This document shows, one piece after another, positions 25,484 through 37,599 of a DNA stretch of 64,000 bases (positions within the stretch are counted from its first letter, which is position 1; each line of letters opens with the position of its first letter). The position numbers were made by a program, and so were the translations under genes. Source of the DNA: Squalus acanthias (Eukaryota); assembly GCA_030390025.1 (NCBI GenBank), contig CM059443.1, positions 19,902,001-19,966,000 on the forward strand, written 5' to 3'. The notes beneath the pieces are model-generated. The model worked only from the letters and a program-made list of their open reading frames with translations. It ran no database searches and was not told the DNA's origin.

Positions 25484-26119
25484 ATTGTGTCTATTTGTCA
25501 ATATGAGATTATACCTGTGGAAATTAATTTTACGGCGATTGGTATTTCTGCACATGACCAGCCTCGAGGAAATTCCTGGCCATGTTGACCATGATTCAAC
25601 ATGAAAATATTCAACTGATTATTAGTTGAAACAAACTGGACTGCATCATGTACATATTTGTAAAATACCGATGTCCAGGCATTCATACAGTTTATGGTTA
25701 GTGTTTTATTTTGACGCTCTGAATTCTATTATAACACAAGGCCAATGTCATACAAGGCTTGTTCCCAAGCCTCTGCCAATTCAAGTTTGTAACCGCTCCA
25801 CTGAGTTGTCTGAACATAGTCTACCATAATTTGCCCAAATTTCCATCCCTTTCTGAGGAGAAATGCCTTTGGCACAGAGCAAGAATTTTCCATTTGGGAA
25901 ACCAGAGCCTTGAGCAGATATCCTACCCTTGCATTGTACAACACGTTGAGGCACCAGCTCGATGTGCCACTGTTGAATATATATTTTAATATTTTTGCAT
26001 GTATCATTTTATCTTAAATATTACAAATTCCTTAGCCTTTGTATGATCAATTCTGAACATTCGTATGTCAACACAGTAACTTTCAAATGATTCATCACAT
26101 TTCAGTCAAACTACAAAGG

Positions 26120-26665
26120 GGGATAGAATGCAATAGTGATAGGGACAGAATGCAAATCCAAAGAAGTGATACAGTTGCAGTTTGGCAGACCCGATCTGGA
26201 GTATTGTATTCAATACCATAGGAAGAATATTATTGTCCTTGAGAGGAAAGCAACAACGATAGCATAAGGTTTCAGGAATCTCAGTTATGAGAAAAGGTTA
26301 AAGAAGTTAGGCTTGTTTTTGTCAGAAAAGAAGACACTTCAACGTGACATAAATAGAAGTTTTCAAAATTATGAAAGGGGACAGATAAAACTGATCCAGA
26401 CAAAATCCACTGAAGAAGGGTTCAAAAATGTAAGAAGGAATCTCGGGCAGAGTTATTTGACATGCAGGATAACATGCACATGGAATAAAATACCACAGAA
26501 AGCCATTGAACCAAATAGCATTAATGGGTTCAAGGGATGACCAAATGTGTTTCTGGAGAAAGAAAGGGTTATGGGACATGGCGGAAAGGTGGGTCTGAAT
26601 TAACCGAAAAAGGAGGGTCTTGTTTTGCCAAATCTTTTTCCCTGTTCATAAAATTTCCTATGCTT
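26120..26665 (+). mobile_element. Old CR1 3' fragment
   Basis: RPDLEYCIQ, SYEKRLKKLGLFLSEKK, TWNKIPQKAIEPNSINGFK. Confidence 0.75.
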
Positions 26666-26679
26666 TCAAGGGAGTATGA

Positions 26680-26830
26680 GAGTAATCTTAACCGAACCTG
26701 CCCAGTGAGGAACTGATGGGATCGGATGCCCACTTTTAGTTTCCATTGACTTGAAAGGGAGGTAATATTGGGTGTAAAAACCTGCGGCCGATCCAGTCCT
26801 GCCAGTTTCCCGTCGGGCAGATCCTAATCA
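26680..26830. mobile_element. Palindromic MITE-like element
   Basis: ctgcccagtgaggaactgatgggatcgg pairs imperfectly with ccgatccagtcctgccagtttcccgtcgggcag. Confidence 0.55.
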
Positions 26831-28099
26831 GATGCCTAGTTCCTTTCGAAAATCAGCATGCTGGGACATGGAAATAAATGTGTGCATACTCAAACTCTGA
26901 CGTAGCTCGATACCTCATATGTGCTTCATTAGATGTTAACCAAATACCATCGCTGCCTACCCTTGATCAAACAGAGTTCCTTTCACAAGTGAGCATGCTG
27001 GGAGCCATACAAATATATATGTGTCTATGAATCCATCAACACTGACTTATCAGACTTAGATGTTATCCAAACTTCATGAATGACTTCTTCTCATCAGACA
27101 CTTGGTTTGTTTTGAAAAAAACGCTTGGTGGAATTTATCCTCACGTTTGGTTTCCAAAATTCAATTGACGACTTTTCTCAAAGCCTTGGAGCTTCAAAAG
27201 AAATTTTTTGAATCTGAATCCGGTTTAAAAAAAAAAATTGAAATTAATGAAGCATTTTCGGCGAATGGTTAAGTGACCCGAGAGATACCTTCCCTCGTGC
27301 CTTCAAGGTAAATTGCAGCTTCTCGTAGCTCAAACAATCAGTTGAAGAAGAGATAGGAATACAATTGAAGTAACGACAGCACCAGATTAGCATAGAGAGC
27401 ACCAGGTTAGTATAGTGCCTGCTTTCTATGTGCTTCTCCGCTATGATAGCACAGACCAGCAACTTGCCATATAGGGAATCACCTATGTTTGAACTGGCTG
27501 CTACCATTCTTTGGCATGACATGTCAGAGCAAGATCAATGCATTTTTAACCCATAACTTCATAACCATGTTCTATTGGTGATTCAGTATCACCGAATGAG
27601 ACTTGTGTAAGTGGATAGTGGCTGAAATACTATACTGGGATAACCTGTATTGGGGTGGGGGGAGATTTCAGTAACATTATTTTTGCAGAGTATTTGGAAC
27701 GCTTCGTAGCCACATCTGTGTACACTTAATAATAAAAATAGTGATTGTGATGATTTTTGTTTTTAATGCGTGGGCATTCTTTGGAGGAAAGAACATTCAA
27801 ATAAAAGGGTTCTGGGAACTATTATGGATTCTTAAATGCGCAAACATAAACAATTACTGACTACATTATATGACTTCCTTTGTACCAGTCTATCACTAAA
27901 TACAATTTATAAGCCGCGAAGTAACTGCATGATGTTATTGTACAAATGCTTAACGTTAAACAGGTTAATGCCTCCATTACAGCAGAAGACAAAACAGTTT
28001 GATGTGATTGCATTGTATTCATCTGATCCCATAATGCACAGTGATTTCTGGACTATAGCATGTGTAAAACATATTGGCATGTAACATGGCACAATTTCA

Positions 28100-28555
28100 A
28101 GTAAAGTCAAACTCTTAGCCAGGTCAGTGATGGGAATGCTAAAACTTACCTCAGTGACCTGAGCTAGGGGAAAAAAAGAAACAGATAAGGATCCACAAAC
28201 GCAAAATACTGCGGATGCTGGAAATCTGAAATAAAAACAGAAAATGCTGGAAATACTCAGCAGGTCAGGCAGCATCTGTCGAGAGAGAAATAGTTAACGT
28301 TTCAGGTCAATGACCTTTCGTTAGATAAGGGTCCACACCTGGCTCCTATCCTTTAAGGCATGGATATTGGTAAACCAGCGATTGGGCTTAGCTGTGATAT
28401 CCATCCCCCATGAATAAATAGCCTGCTGATACTCATTGTGGACTCATCTGGACTTACACACAGAATGACTACTTTGGCCAAGTTATTGGAGCCTGTCACC
28501 ATCCATAGAATCACAACCAACCATGAGTCACCACTCTCAGAAAATGGAGGGTGAA
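28100..28555 (+). mobile_element. Decayed SINE hosting a Penelope-like insertion
   Basis: cctcagtgacctgagctagggg..gattgggcttagctgtgat..aaatagcctgctgatactcattgt; related to 13395-13808. Confidence 0.55.
28198..28322 (-). mobile_element. Short Penelope-like element with hammerhead motif
   Basis: Reverse complement of the 17480 family. 15-bp TSD agataagg(a/g)tccaca at 28183-28197 and 28323-28337. Confidence 0.87.
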
Positions 28556-30039
28556 ATTGGTGGTGGAAGGGGGAATTGAAATACCAAAATAATTAACTGG
28601 AAGCCAACAATTTTTCTGAGCAAAAGATGGTGCAAGCAATTTTCCAACTTATAAGGTAGATCGTGGCAGTAGACCTAATGGCAAGTATATATGTGAAGGC
28701 CTGACTAACTGTTACGCTGGATGGTTCTTCAGAAGCACGCCAATCACAGCATGCCATGCTTTTCATGGTACTTCATGAAAGAAGGAATGGCAGGATGATC
28801 ATAATCCAACAAAGCCTGATTGGCTGCCCCAGCCAAGATGCCAACAACAACTATGGGGAACTGTCTTCACGTTATTTGGGGCGACAGAGAGCCAGATGCA
28901 GAGCTATGCCATCTGCTGCAAGGACACATCATTGGGCTGCCACGGCCACTGATGGTAGTGGTCAGTTGCAGCCTCAAGTTTACACGAGTTTTCTTTTCCT
29001 CCAATTTTGCCCATCTATTTTATGGTTAATTTATAAGCAATTTTCCACTTGCACTTCTAGTGTGCTTCTGGTACCTGCTCATGTTTGCACTTGGATGTAT
29101 GAATAATTATGTGAATGACTTGAACCAGAAAATTTAATATTTTTAGCACCTTACCGGTTTGGCAGGATTAGCACCAGTTCTTAACCATTTAGACTTGATT
29201 TATACCAGTACATGAAAATCAGTGCCAATATAAGTCAGGAAATATGGTTCAATCCATGTGCAGAGCTATAGCCAGTCCTTATAGCTGTGTTCATTTAATC
29301 ACACTCTAATTTTCATATTGCTGTGCGAATGAGGGTAGTAAAATACATAAAGTATTTTTTTAGGTCTGTTTTTTCCTGTCGTATGTAATTTTTCAGGATG
29401 CAAATACCAGAAGTCATGGAAAATTTTAGAATTATTGATTTAAATGATAGAATATTAACAGAATAGTTAATGAATTGTGCTGCATGGTGCAGTGCAGGAC
29501 TCTTCTGGTTTCCCTGTCTACTTATGGGAATCAGCATGAATGCTAACTGTATAAATATTTGACTTCTGAGTTGATGTTAATGGATAGTTTCAGATCATCC
29601 ACAGAACAGAGTTCTGCTTTTCCTGGTGCTTGCTGAAGGAAAGAAATGTCCAAATAAAACATGCAAGAGTCTTGGTGTACCATTGATGGATCACTGTTTA
29701 GATCTTGGATGAGTTCTGGTCTGGTAGGATCTTGATCACCTTTAAATTAGCAGATGGCATCAGTCCAAGTCTCTGCCATAGTGAAAATCTGAAGGACTAT
29801 CTACAATACCAAGAGTCCCATTACCCATAAACTGTCCCAACTATTAAAGAAGTACAGTAATTAGGCTGGTAGCATTTTGAGGGCAACATAGCCCTTATGG
29901 TTGACGACTAATATTTATATACACTTAATGTTCTGTACTGTTGAAAACAATCATAGTGTTTATTATCAATTGAGACAGACTTTAGATCTCAGCTAACTTG
30001 TTTGGAGAAAGTGCAAACTGACATCTAAGTCCCACTCCT

Positions 30040-30373
30040 TTTGTTCTGTTCTTGGGATTTGGGTGACACTGGTAAGGCTTTGTTTATTGTGCATCCCTAG
30101 TTCCCCAGAGAAGGTGGTGGCGGACTTTCTCCTTGAAATGCTGCAGTCCTGCTGTTGATGGTGCTGCCATGATGGTTTTAGGTAGGGACCCAAAAACAAC
30201 GAAGGAATGGTGATATATGTCCAAGTTAGGATAGTGTGCGACTTGGGGAGGAATATGGAGGTGATGGTGTTCCCTCGACATTGCTGTTCTTGTTGCTCTC
30301 AGACAGCACAGGGGAGGGAGGTGCTGGCATAGAAACCTTGATGAGTTGCTGCAGTGCATCCTGTAGATAGTAT
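30040..30373 (-). mobile_element. 3' end of a CR1-group (Zenon-like) LINE
   Basis: ORF 30084-30569 contains VAAKYTIYRMHCSNSSRFLCQHLP..EHHHLH..GLQHFKEKVRHHLL, a LINE ORF2 C-terminus type common in sharks. Confidence 0.8.
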
Positions 30374-30512
30374 ATTTTGCAGCCACAGATGAAAGGGGTA
30401 AATTTTTGCAGCCACAGATGAAAGGGGTAAATTTTGCAGCCACAGATGAAAGGGGTAAATTTTGCAGCCACAGATGAAAGGGGTAAATTTTGCAGCCATG
30501 GATGAAATGGGT
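30374..30512. repeat. 28-bp minisatellite, 4 near-perfect copies plus 1 diverged copy
   Basis: Unit attttgcagccacagatgaaaggggtaa starts at 30374, 30402, 30431, 30459 and 30487. Confidence 0.97.
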
Positions 30513-30549
30513 GTTATAGTGAGTCCTGTGGCAGGGGCGCTGATCAAGC

Positions 30550-31190
30550 GAACTGCACTGACATGTCAAATTGAGGCCACATCTTCCCGTTCAGGTGGAC
30601 AAAAAAGATACCGTGGTACCTTACAAAGAAGAGCAGGCAGGTATCCCGGCCTACATACACTCCATGGGTACGGTAGCATAGTGGTTATGTTATTGGATGA
30701 GTAATCCAGAGGCCTGGACTAATGATCCAGAGACATGAGTTCAAATCCCACTATGGCTGCTGGGGAACTTAAATTCAATTAAATAAATCTGAATAAAAAG
30801 CTAGTATCCGTAATGGTGACCACGAAGATTGTCGTAAAAACCCATCTGGTTCACTAACATCTTTTAGGAAATCTGCTGTCCTTACCCGGTCTGGCCTATA
30901 TGTGACTCCAGACCCACAGCAATGTGGTTGACTCTTAACTGCCCTCTGCATGCTACTCAGTTCTATTCAAGAAGGCGGCTCACCACCACCTTCTTGAAAG
31001 CAGTTAGGGATGGGCAATAAATGCTGGCCTTGCCGGCGACGTCCACATCCTGTGAATGAATATTAAAAAAATTCACTCCACAATTCATACGACCAAAACT
31101 GATTAATTGATCATTCATCTCATTCCTGCTGGTGTGACCAGGCCATGTGGAATTTACTGCCGCGTTTGCCACAAAAATCAGTCATTTAGA
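30550..31190 (+). mobile_element. Old DeuSINE interrupted by a younger SINE
   Basis: tcaggtggac..aaagataccgtgg..aaagaagagcagg precedes the insertion; gattaattgatcattcatctcatt..ctgccgcgtttgcc follows it. Confidence 0.7.
30665..31073 (+). mobile_element. Full-length tRNA-derived SINE with LINE-derived tail
   Basis: A-box-like tagcatagtgg and B-box gagttcaaatcc; tail ttcaagaaggcggctcaccaccaccttct..gatgggcaataaatgctggccttgcc..(A)n. TSD at(a/t)cactcca at 30655-30664 and 31071-31080. Confidence 0.92.
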
Positions 31191-31269
31191 TAATTAGCTG
31201 TGAAGCTAACCACAGCACCAAAATGGCCTGAATCAAAGTCACAAACCCCATTCTCCGCGCCTGTGGCTG

Positions 31270-31385
31270 TGGTGCATTATCCCTCCTCGACCTCAATGCA
31301 AACATTAATAACGTCGACCACACCATTCTCCTTCAACATCTTTCCTCCGTCACCCATCTCAGTTATATTCTTTCTTTGAGATTCC
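31270..31385 (+). mobile_element. Decayed L2 RT fragment
   Basis: Reads LSLLDLNANINNVDHTILLQHLSSVTHLS, compared with [27 protein letters not shown] in the 40098 L2. Confidence 0.65.
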
Positions 31386-33367
31386 ACACAATGACAGTGA
31401 ATAGAAAAGGGCTTGCCAATTGGGATTCTATTAAATAGGAGTGAGTGAGGATGTGTTTGATCATTGGGATCTACACAATGGGAGTGAATGAGAATAATGC
31501 ACTGGGCATTCACATAAGTTGCCATCTCCTTCTGCGGCACCTTGAGTCACTCATCTTGAGACCTGCCATCGCTCTGTCCGAAAGGGAATCTCTCTCCTTT
31601 TGCACACTAGCTCCAGTAAGATCTCTATAACCCTGTCCAAAAATCAAGGCATCCTATCATTAGAATGACTTGATAAAGACCTGTTTAATTTACCATACCT
31701 GTTGGTTCCTGTTGGCCATTAGAAAAGGCGTTTCCTTCAAGGCCTGCAGCATTACCAAATGTCCGACCCAGTGAAGGACCAGTTCCAATGAGAGTTGCCA
31801 GAGGTTCGATCATAGGTTGACTTTTGAAATGGAGGTGGATTCAGCACACTAACGGTCAGGCACCTGCTAATAATGCACTGCCTGGCTTACACCGCAACAG
31901 AGGCCCCAGGTGAAAATCAGGGCTATTACTGAAGCAGGAAAAGAGATTTGCTCTGACTCTGAAATGCATGATCAGGGAATGTTTGTTGTTAAAACTGGGT
32001 GACAAAAGTGTTACATCTCCAGCACTGATATCAGTGATCTTGATGAGAATCATTCTTGTAAAGTAAATCAGTTTAACATGAGGAAAAATCTTTATGCAGA
32101 CTGTGTTGTGAAGAGGATACCGATAGCACAATGCAGCATGACCTGCGTGTGTTGCGTCAAACCACATAAACCGCTTTGTCATTAAAGCTTCAGTCAATTG
32201 TAGTTAGTAATCTGTTGAGTGTGCTTTCTCATTTGTAACAAGCTATACTTTGCAAAGCATTGCATTATCCACAACAAGTCACTTCCTGCAATCCCATATA
32301 TAATTCCTGTTATCTTCAGACAGAATTAGTGCCAGCCTCAAAATTTAAAAAAAACCTTCTACTTCAATAAAGAACAGTGAAGTCTCGTTGTAATTCTGCC
32401 TTTGGGAGCCGTAAAAAGAATGTTATATCAAGGGGTATGTGGATGCAAATTGTGTTTGCTCAGGTTTAACTGTTACTGGGTCTTACACAGTTTGCATTTT
32501 ATAAGATCTTGAGGCTTACTATAGAGAGTCCTCGTGAATGGTGTTTGAACATATAAACAAAAAGAGGAGATGTGGCAAACCCGCTTCTGCCGGTTCCCGC
32601 CCGGGAACAGTTAAGATTGACCCCGCTGAGCAGGACGCATCCCGTTAGCATATATTGATGAAGCTAAACCTGCTGCTGGGCGGGAATGGAGCAGCAAGCA
32701 GAGCCATGTGACTTTAACTCCAGTTCCGCCCAGCAGAAACCGGGTGGAGGGAGTTATAATTCCCCCTGCGGCGCCCGTTTGAAACAGATACTTTGGGGGC
32801 GCACTGGTTAGACGTTCCACTATTTATTGCTGGGTGGATCTTTCCAGGACTTTATTCCACACGGCCTCCAACACTCGAGCTGGGAACCAGGCCAGTCTGC
32901 CCAAGGCATTTTGTTTCAGCTGCCCAGATTGATCAATCAGGTTTGGCACAGATGTCCTATGTGAACTGATGTAGATTTTGAAATTATTTTGCCTCATGAA
33001 AACAGCAGGTTTTGAGTTTAATAGGAAATTAGCTTCAAAATTTTAGAAATCTTTTGGCATTTGTAAATACCATCCATGTAGGACAGTCAAACGACAAGTG
33101 CTATTGACTAGAATTCCTGTAAAGTTTAAGGCCACTGCTAGTTAAACAATTAGTGATGCTGTGTGTTTGATGAGATATTTGCTCACATTTAACAGAACAT
33201 TGTCGCATTAAAGTGCTACTGCCCTGGTGATCTGTGTAATATTAGGTTTTTGGCTCCTGATCTGTCCTGCTAATGTATTAACAAGAAAACTGTCTCTCCA
33301 TCCAAGCAATACGCCACATGTCCAGCATGTAGGCTCTTCAATGGCTCACTCATACCTTTGCGTTTTG

Positions 33368-33921
33368 GGGATAGAAATTGGTCATCGTTGCGCAGGGCCC
33401 TGCCTTGCACCCCACAGATGCCTGAAAAACCATCCGTCGCCATATTGGCCTCTGGCTATTTTCAGTCATTCTAGGTGGCCACCTAAAACAGGTTTTCGGC
33501 CCCTTGTCTATGCTAATGAGGACCCTAATGCCTGTTTTAGGACCCCTCTGGGAAAGTGTGTTGCAGGCCTAGCAAGCGGCCGCCACCAAAAAGGTAGGTA
33601 AAAATTATTTTTTTAAAATTGTAATTTGGAGCCAGGAGGAGCAAGAGTGCACCTCCCAGTTCCATAGCATTCCTGACTGTTGGTGCCAGCCTCAATTGGT
33701 CTCTCTCTCCTCCTTGTTCTCCCCCACCCAACACCCGCTCTCCTGGGATTACCTGAGGTCGTTTCAATCCTCCTGAAGGGTGAGCTGCCCACGGAGACAT
33801 GGCAGGCACTGGCATCTCACGCAGAGTATTTAGCTGAGGGCCGAGGCCCAATTTTGGGCAGGCGCTGCCTGTTCAGCCCTTAGTCTGAGGTTGAAAACCG
33901 GCCCAGACAAATTTCTACCCC
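33368..33921. mobile_element. MITE, probably PIF/Harbinger-type
   Basis: TIRs gggatagaaattgg / caaatttctacccc; flanks ttg / atg. Confidence 0.75.
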
Positions 33922-34399
33922 ATGGTGTCACCCACACACATTAGATAATAGCTGTCTGTCATCCATCAGTGAGTGGACTCCTCCATTTATTCACTTAACC
34001 ATAATCATCCATATTGTTTATCAGCACAGAGCCAAACTCTAGTGGCTGCCAGAAAGTTATCTTTAAGCCTGTAGACGTTTATAGAATGTTGCACAATAAA
34101 AATAACTTTGGCTACAAATGTGAGACTCCTAACAGAGAGAGACTGCCAAATTGGTTTAGTAGCAAGAAAGAACTGTGTGATCAACACTCTCTAACCTCCT
34201 TGACCCTAATTTATGCCTTGTACAGTGCTCCTGGCTTTGAAACTTACTAGCAAAGCTCATAGTCTGAGAGAAGCTGGACATTTCAATAGTTCTCTGAACA
34301 GCCTAGACCACATTGATTTAATCTAATGTACAGCTACATTTGTTGGATCCAGCACCTAAAGGATTAACGTCAACATGGCTGAATATTGTATAATTAGTA

Positions 34400-34680
34400 T
34401 CAAGCCCCGCTCGCCCATCACTCTTGGCCTTGCTGACCTACATTGGCTCCTGCTCCTGTAATTTCCCAGATTTAAAATTCTCATTCTCATGTTTAAATCT
34501 GTAGCCTCCTCTTCCCTTCCTCTGTAACTTCTTTCAGTCCTGCAACTCCCCCCGAACTCTCTGTTCCTCTCCATTGGTGGCCGTGCATTCAGCCCCATGC
34601 TCTGAAATTCCCTTTCTAAACCTCTCTTGTCTCTCCATCTCTTTCTCTTCCTTTACAACCTTCCTGAAATGCAGCATTGT
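34400..34680 (+). mobile_element. Decayed L2 3' fragment
   Basis: RSPITLGLADLHWLL..FKILILMFKS..SIGGRAFS matches the L2 ORF2 C-terminus. Confidence 0.8.
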
Positions 34681-35166
34681 TCTCTCTTAAAGGTGTTAGG
34701 AATTTCGATTTTTAAAGCTATAAATACTTATAACTTAAATTCACAAAACAACCAACATGAATAAGTATTTTTGCTGTGATGTGGGTTATATTTATAGACT
34801 GGTTACTGGGTGGGCATGACTTATTTTACATAAAGCAGGCAAGTTCCAAATTTTCCAACAGTTAACAGGTATGCTCTTGTAGAGTTAATGTTTTTAATGG
34901 CATGTGTGAACAGGTGATGACAATTCTGTTTTTGTGTGACATGGAACGTGTGTTAGCAGGTGAACCTGCATATATGTAAATTAGCAGGCAGGATAGATGA
35001 GCCACATAGTGTAACAGTGTTTGAGCATGAGCAAGCCTGCTTGATTGGCCCTGAAGAAGTCAAGTGCTCAGCACACACAAAAATGTTCTTGTGATGTTGC
35101 TGATAGGCAGCACTGCACAAAATTGAAACTTCCGTTCAGCCAAAGTTCTCCTGCTGGGCGCTTGTC

Positions 35167-36721
35167 ATAAGAACATAAGAAATAGGAGCAGGAATAGGCC
35201 ATTCGGCCCTTCGAGCCTGCTCCGCCATTCAATGAGATCATGGCTGATCTTCTGCCTCAACTCCATTCACCGGCCCTATCGCCAAATCCCTTGATGCCCT
35301 TACTAGTCAGAAATCTATCGACTTCTGTTTTGAATATACCCAATGACTGAGCCTCCACAGCCCTCTGGGTTAGAGAATTCCAAAGATTCACCACCCTCTG
35401 TGTGAAGACATTTCTTCTGACATCTCAGTCCTGAATGGCCTACCCTTTATCCTGAGGCTGTGGCCCCTGGTTCTACACTCCCCAGCCAAGGTAAACATTC
35501 TCCCAGCATCCATCCTATCAAGCCCTGTAATAATTTTGTATGCTTCAATGAGATCCCCTCTCATTCTTCTGAATTCAAGAGAACACAGGCCTAGTTTACT
35601 CAATCTCTTCTCATACGACAGTCCCGCCATCCCAGGAATCAATCTCGTGAACCTTCGTTGCACTCCCTCTATGGCAAGTATATCCTTCCTTAGGTAAGGA
35701 GACCAAAATTGTACACAGTACTCCAGGTGTGGTCTCACCAAGGCCCTATATAATTGGAGTAAGACTTCTTTACTCCTGTACTCAAATCCTCTTGTAATGA
35801 AGGCCAGCATACCATTTGCCTTCCTAATGTCTTGCTGCACCTGCACATTCACTTTCAGTGACTCATGTACAAGGACACCCAGGTCCCTTTGAGCATCTGC
35901 ATTCCCCAATCTTTCACCATTTAGGAAATACTCTGCCTTTCTGTTTTTTCTACCAAAGTGGATAACTTCACATTTATCCACATTATATTCCATCTGCCAT
36001 GTTCTCGCCCACTCACTGAGCCTGTCAAGATCCCCTTGAAGCCTCTTCACATCCTCTTCACAATTGACACTGCCACCTAGCTTTGTATCATCAGCAAATT
36101 TGGAAATGTTACATTTAGTCCCCTCATCCAAATCATTGATATAGATTGTGAATAGCTGGGGCCCAAGCACCGATCCTTGCGGTACCCCACCACTCACAGC
36201 CTGCCATCCTGAAAAAGACCCGTTTATCCCTACTCACTGTTTTCTGTCTGTTAACCAATTCTCAATCCATGCTAGTATATTACCCCCAATTCCATGTGCC
36301 CTAATTTTGTTCACCAACCTCTTGTGTGGGACCTTATCGAAGGTCTTCTGAAAATCCAGATACACCACATCTACCAGTTCCCCTTTGTCTACTCCACTAG
36401 TTACATCCTCAAAGAACTCCAATAGGTTTGTCAAACAGGATTTCCCTTTCATAAATCCATGTTGACTCTGCCCAATCTTACTATTAGTTTCTAAGTGCCC
36501 AGTTATTGCATCCTTTATAATAGATTCCAGCATTTTCCCAACTACTGATGTGAGGCTAACAGGTCTGTAGTTCCCCATTTTCTCTCTTCCCTCCTTTCTT
36601 AAATAGCGGGGTTACATTTGCTATCCTCCAATCTGCAGGAACCGTTCCAGAATCTATAGAATTTTGGAAGTTGACAACCAATGTGTCCACTATCCCAATG
36701 GCCACCTCTTTCAAAACTTTG
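35167..36721 (-). mobile_element. 5'-truncated CR1 LINE
   Basis: ORFs 36556-36777, 36234-36578 and 35388-36197 carry RT motifs including KFADDTKL; cataagaacataagaa tail; possible TSD TTGTC at 35162-35166 and 36722-36726. Confidence 0.97.
35388..36720 (-). pseudogene. Disrupted CR1 ORF2 reverse transcriptase remnant
   Basis: A frameshift near 36580 and an in-frame stop at 36234-36236 split the RT into three ORFs. Confidence 0.9.
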
Positions 36722-36915
36722 TTGTCGATCTGACTTTGCTGCCAACACTGACCATGGCAGTTTTCTACCTGCATCAAAACGATACAAGTACATCCTCAAC
36801 TGGGACAGCATGATGACACCACATCCAGCAAAAAGCAAATGAAGAGAGGTCGACTACCTATATTGTTGGGTCCTTTTCCTTCTTAGAATGATCTACAGCC
36901 TCGACATATCACAAT

Positions 36916-37083
36916 CAGTGTTCCCTCTAAGCTGTGCATGTGTGCGCGTATGTGTGCGTGTGTGTGCGGCCACGCAGCAATCGGGAAGGTACCGTGCAGG
37001 CCGCTCACAAGTTGTTCCCTCTGAGATACTGCGCAGCAAATTTAAATGTACCACGCGCAGAAAAAAAATTAGAGGTCACATTG
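36916..37083. mobile_element. hAT-superfamily MITE (168 bp)
   Basis: TIRs cagtgttccctctaa / ttagaggtcacattg and a perfect 8-bp TSD ATCACAAT at 36908-36915 and 37084-37091. Confidence 0.9.
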
Positions 37084-37599
37084 ATCACAATCCCACCCAG
37101 TCTTCTTCTCAGGACCTGCCGGCATGTAGATTTAGGGACTACTTAATCAGTCAGTACGAGACCCTGTGCGGCACTGCCTGTCTGCAATGTCATCATCAAA
37201 ATTTTATGTGTGTGCTAAGTAAATGTTTTCCCTCAGAGCCAGTCAAGCTAGGCTTGACTCCTATAGTGTGTGGTAATGCAGATCATTTGAAGAATTAAGA
37301 CCTTATAAGGGATGATATCTGTCTTTAACATACATGAAAAACCCATATCAACTCCTTGTAAAAATTGCTTTTCTCTCATGCAGCATGATATACTGGGATA
37401 GAATAGAAATTGAACAAAATGACAATAACATTAATATTTTTGTGTCAACTACATGTCTGGCAAGGTCCATGTTAACAGTCTCTGCAAACAGAAAAGCAGA
37501 ATGAAAAACTCACCTAAATTGGAAGTAGCATGGTCAAATCTTGAAATTCAGACAACAAATATAAACTATTCAATATGTGTTATCTTGGTTTAAGATATC

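Noticed and set aside
30667-30760. Functional tRNA gene
   Set aside because: The A/B boxes belong to a SINE head. No cloverleaf is evident, and it continues into a SINE body, LINE tail and TSD.
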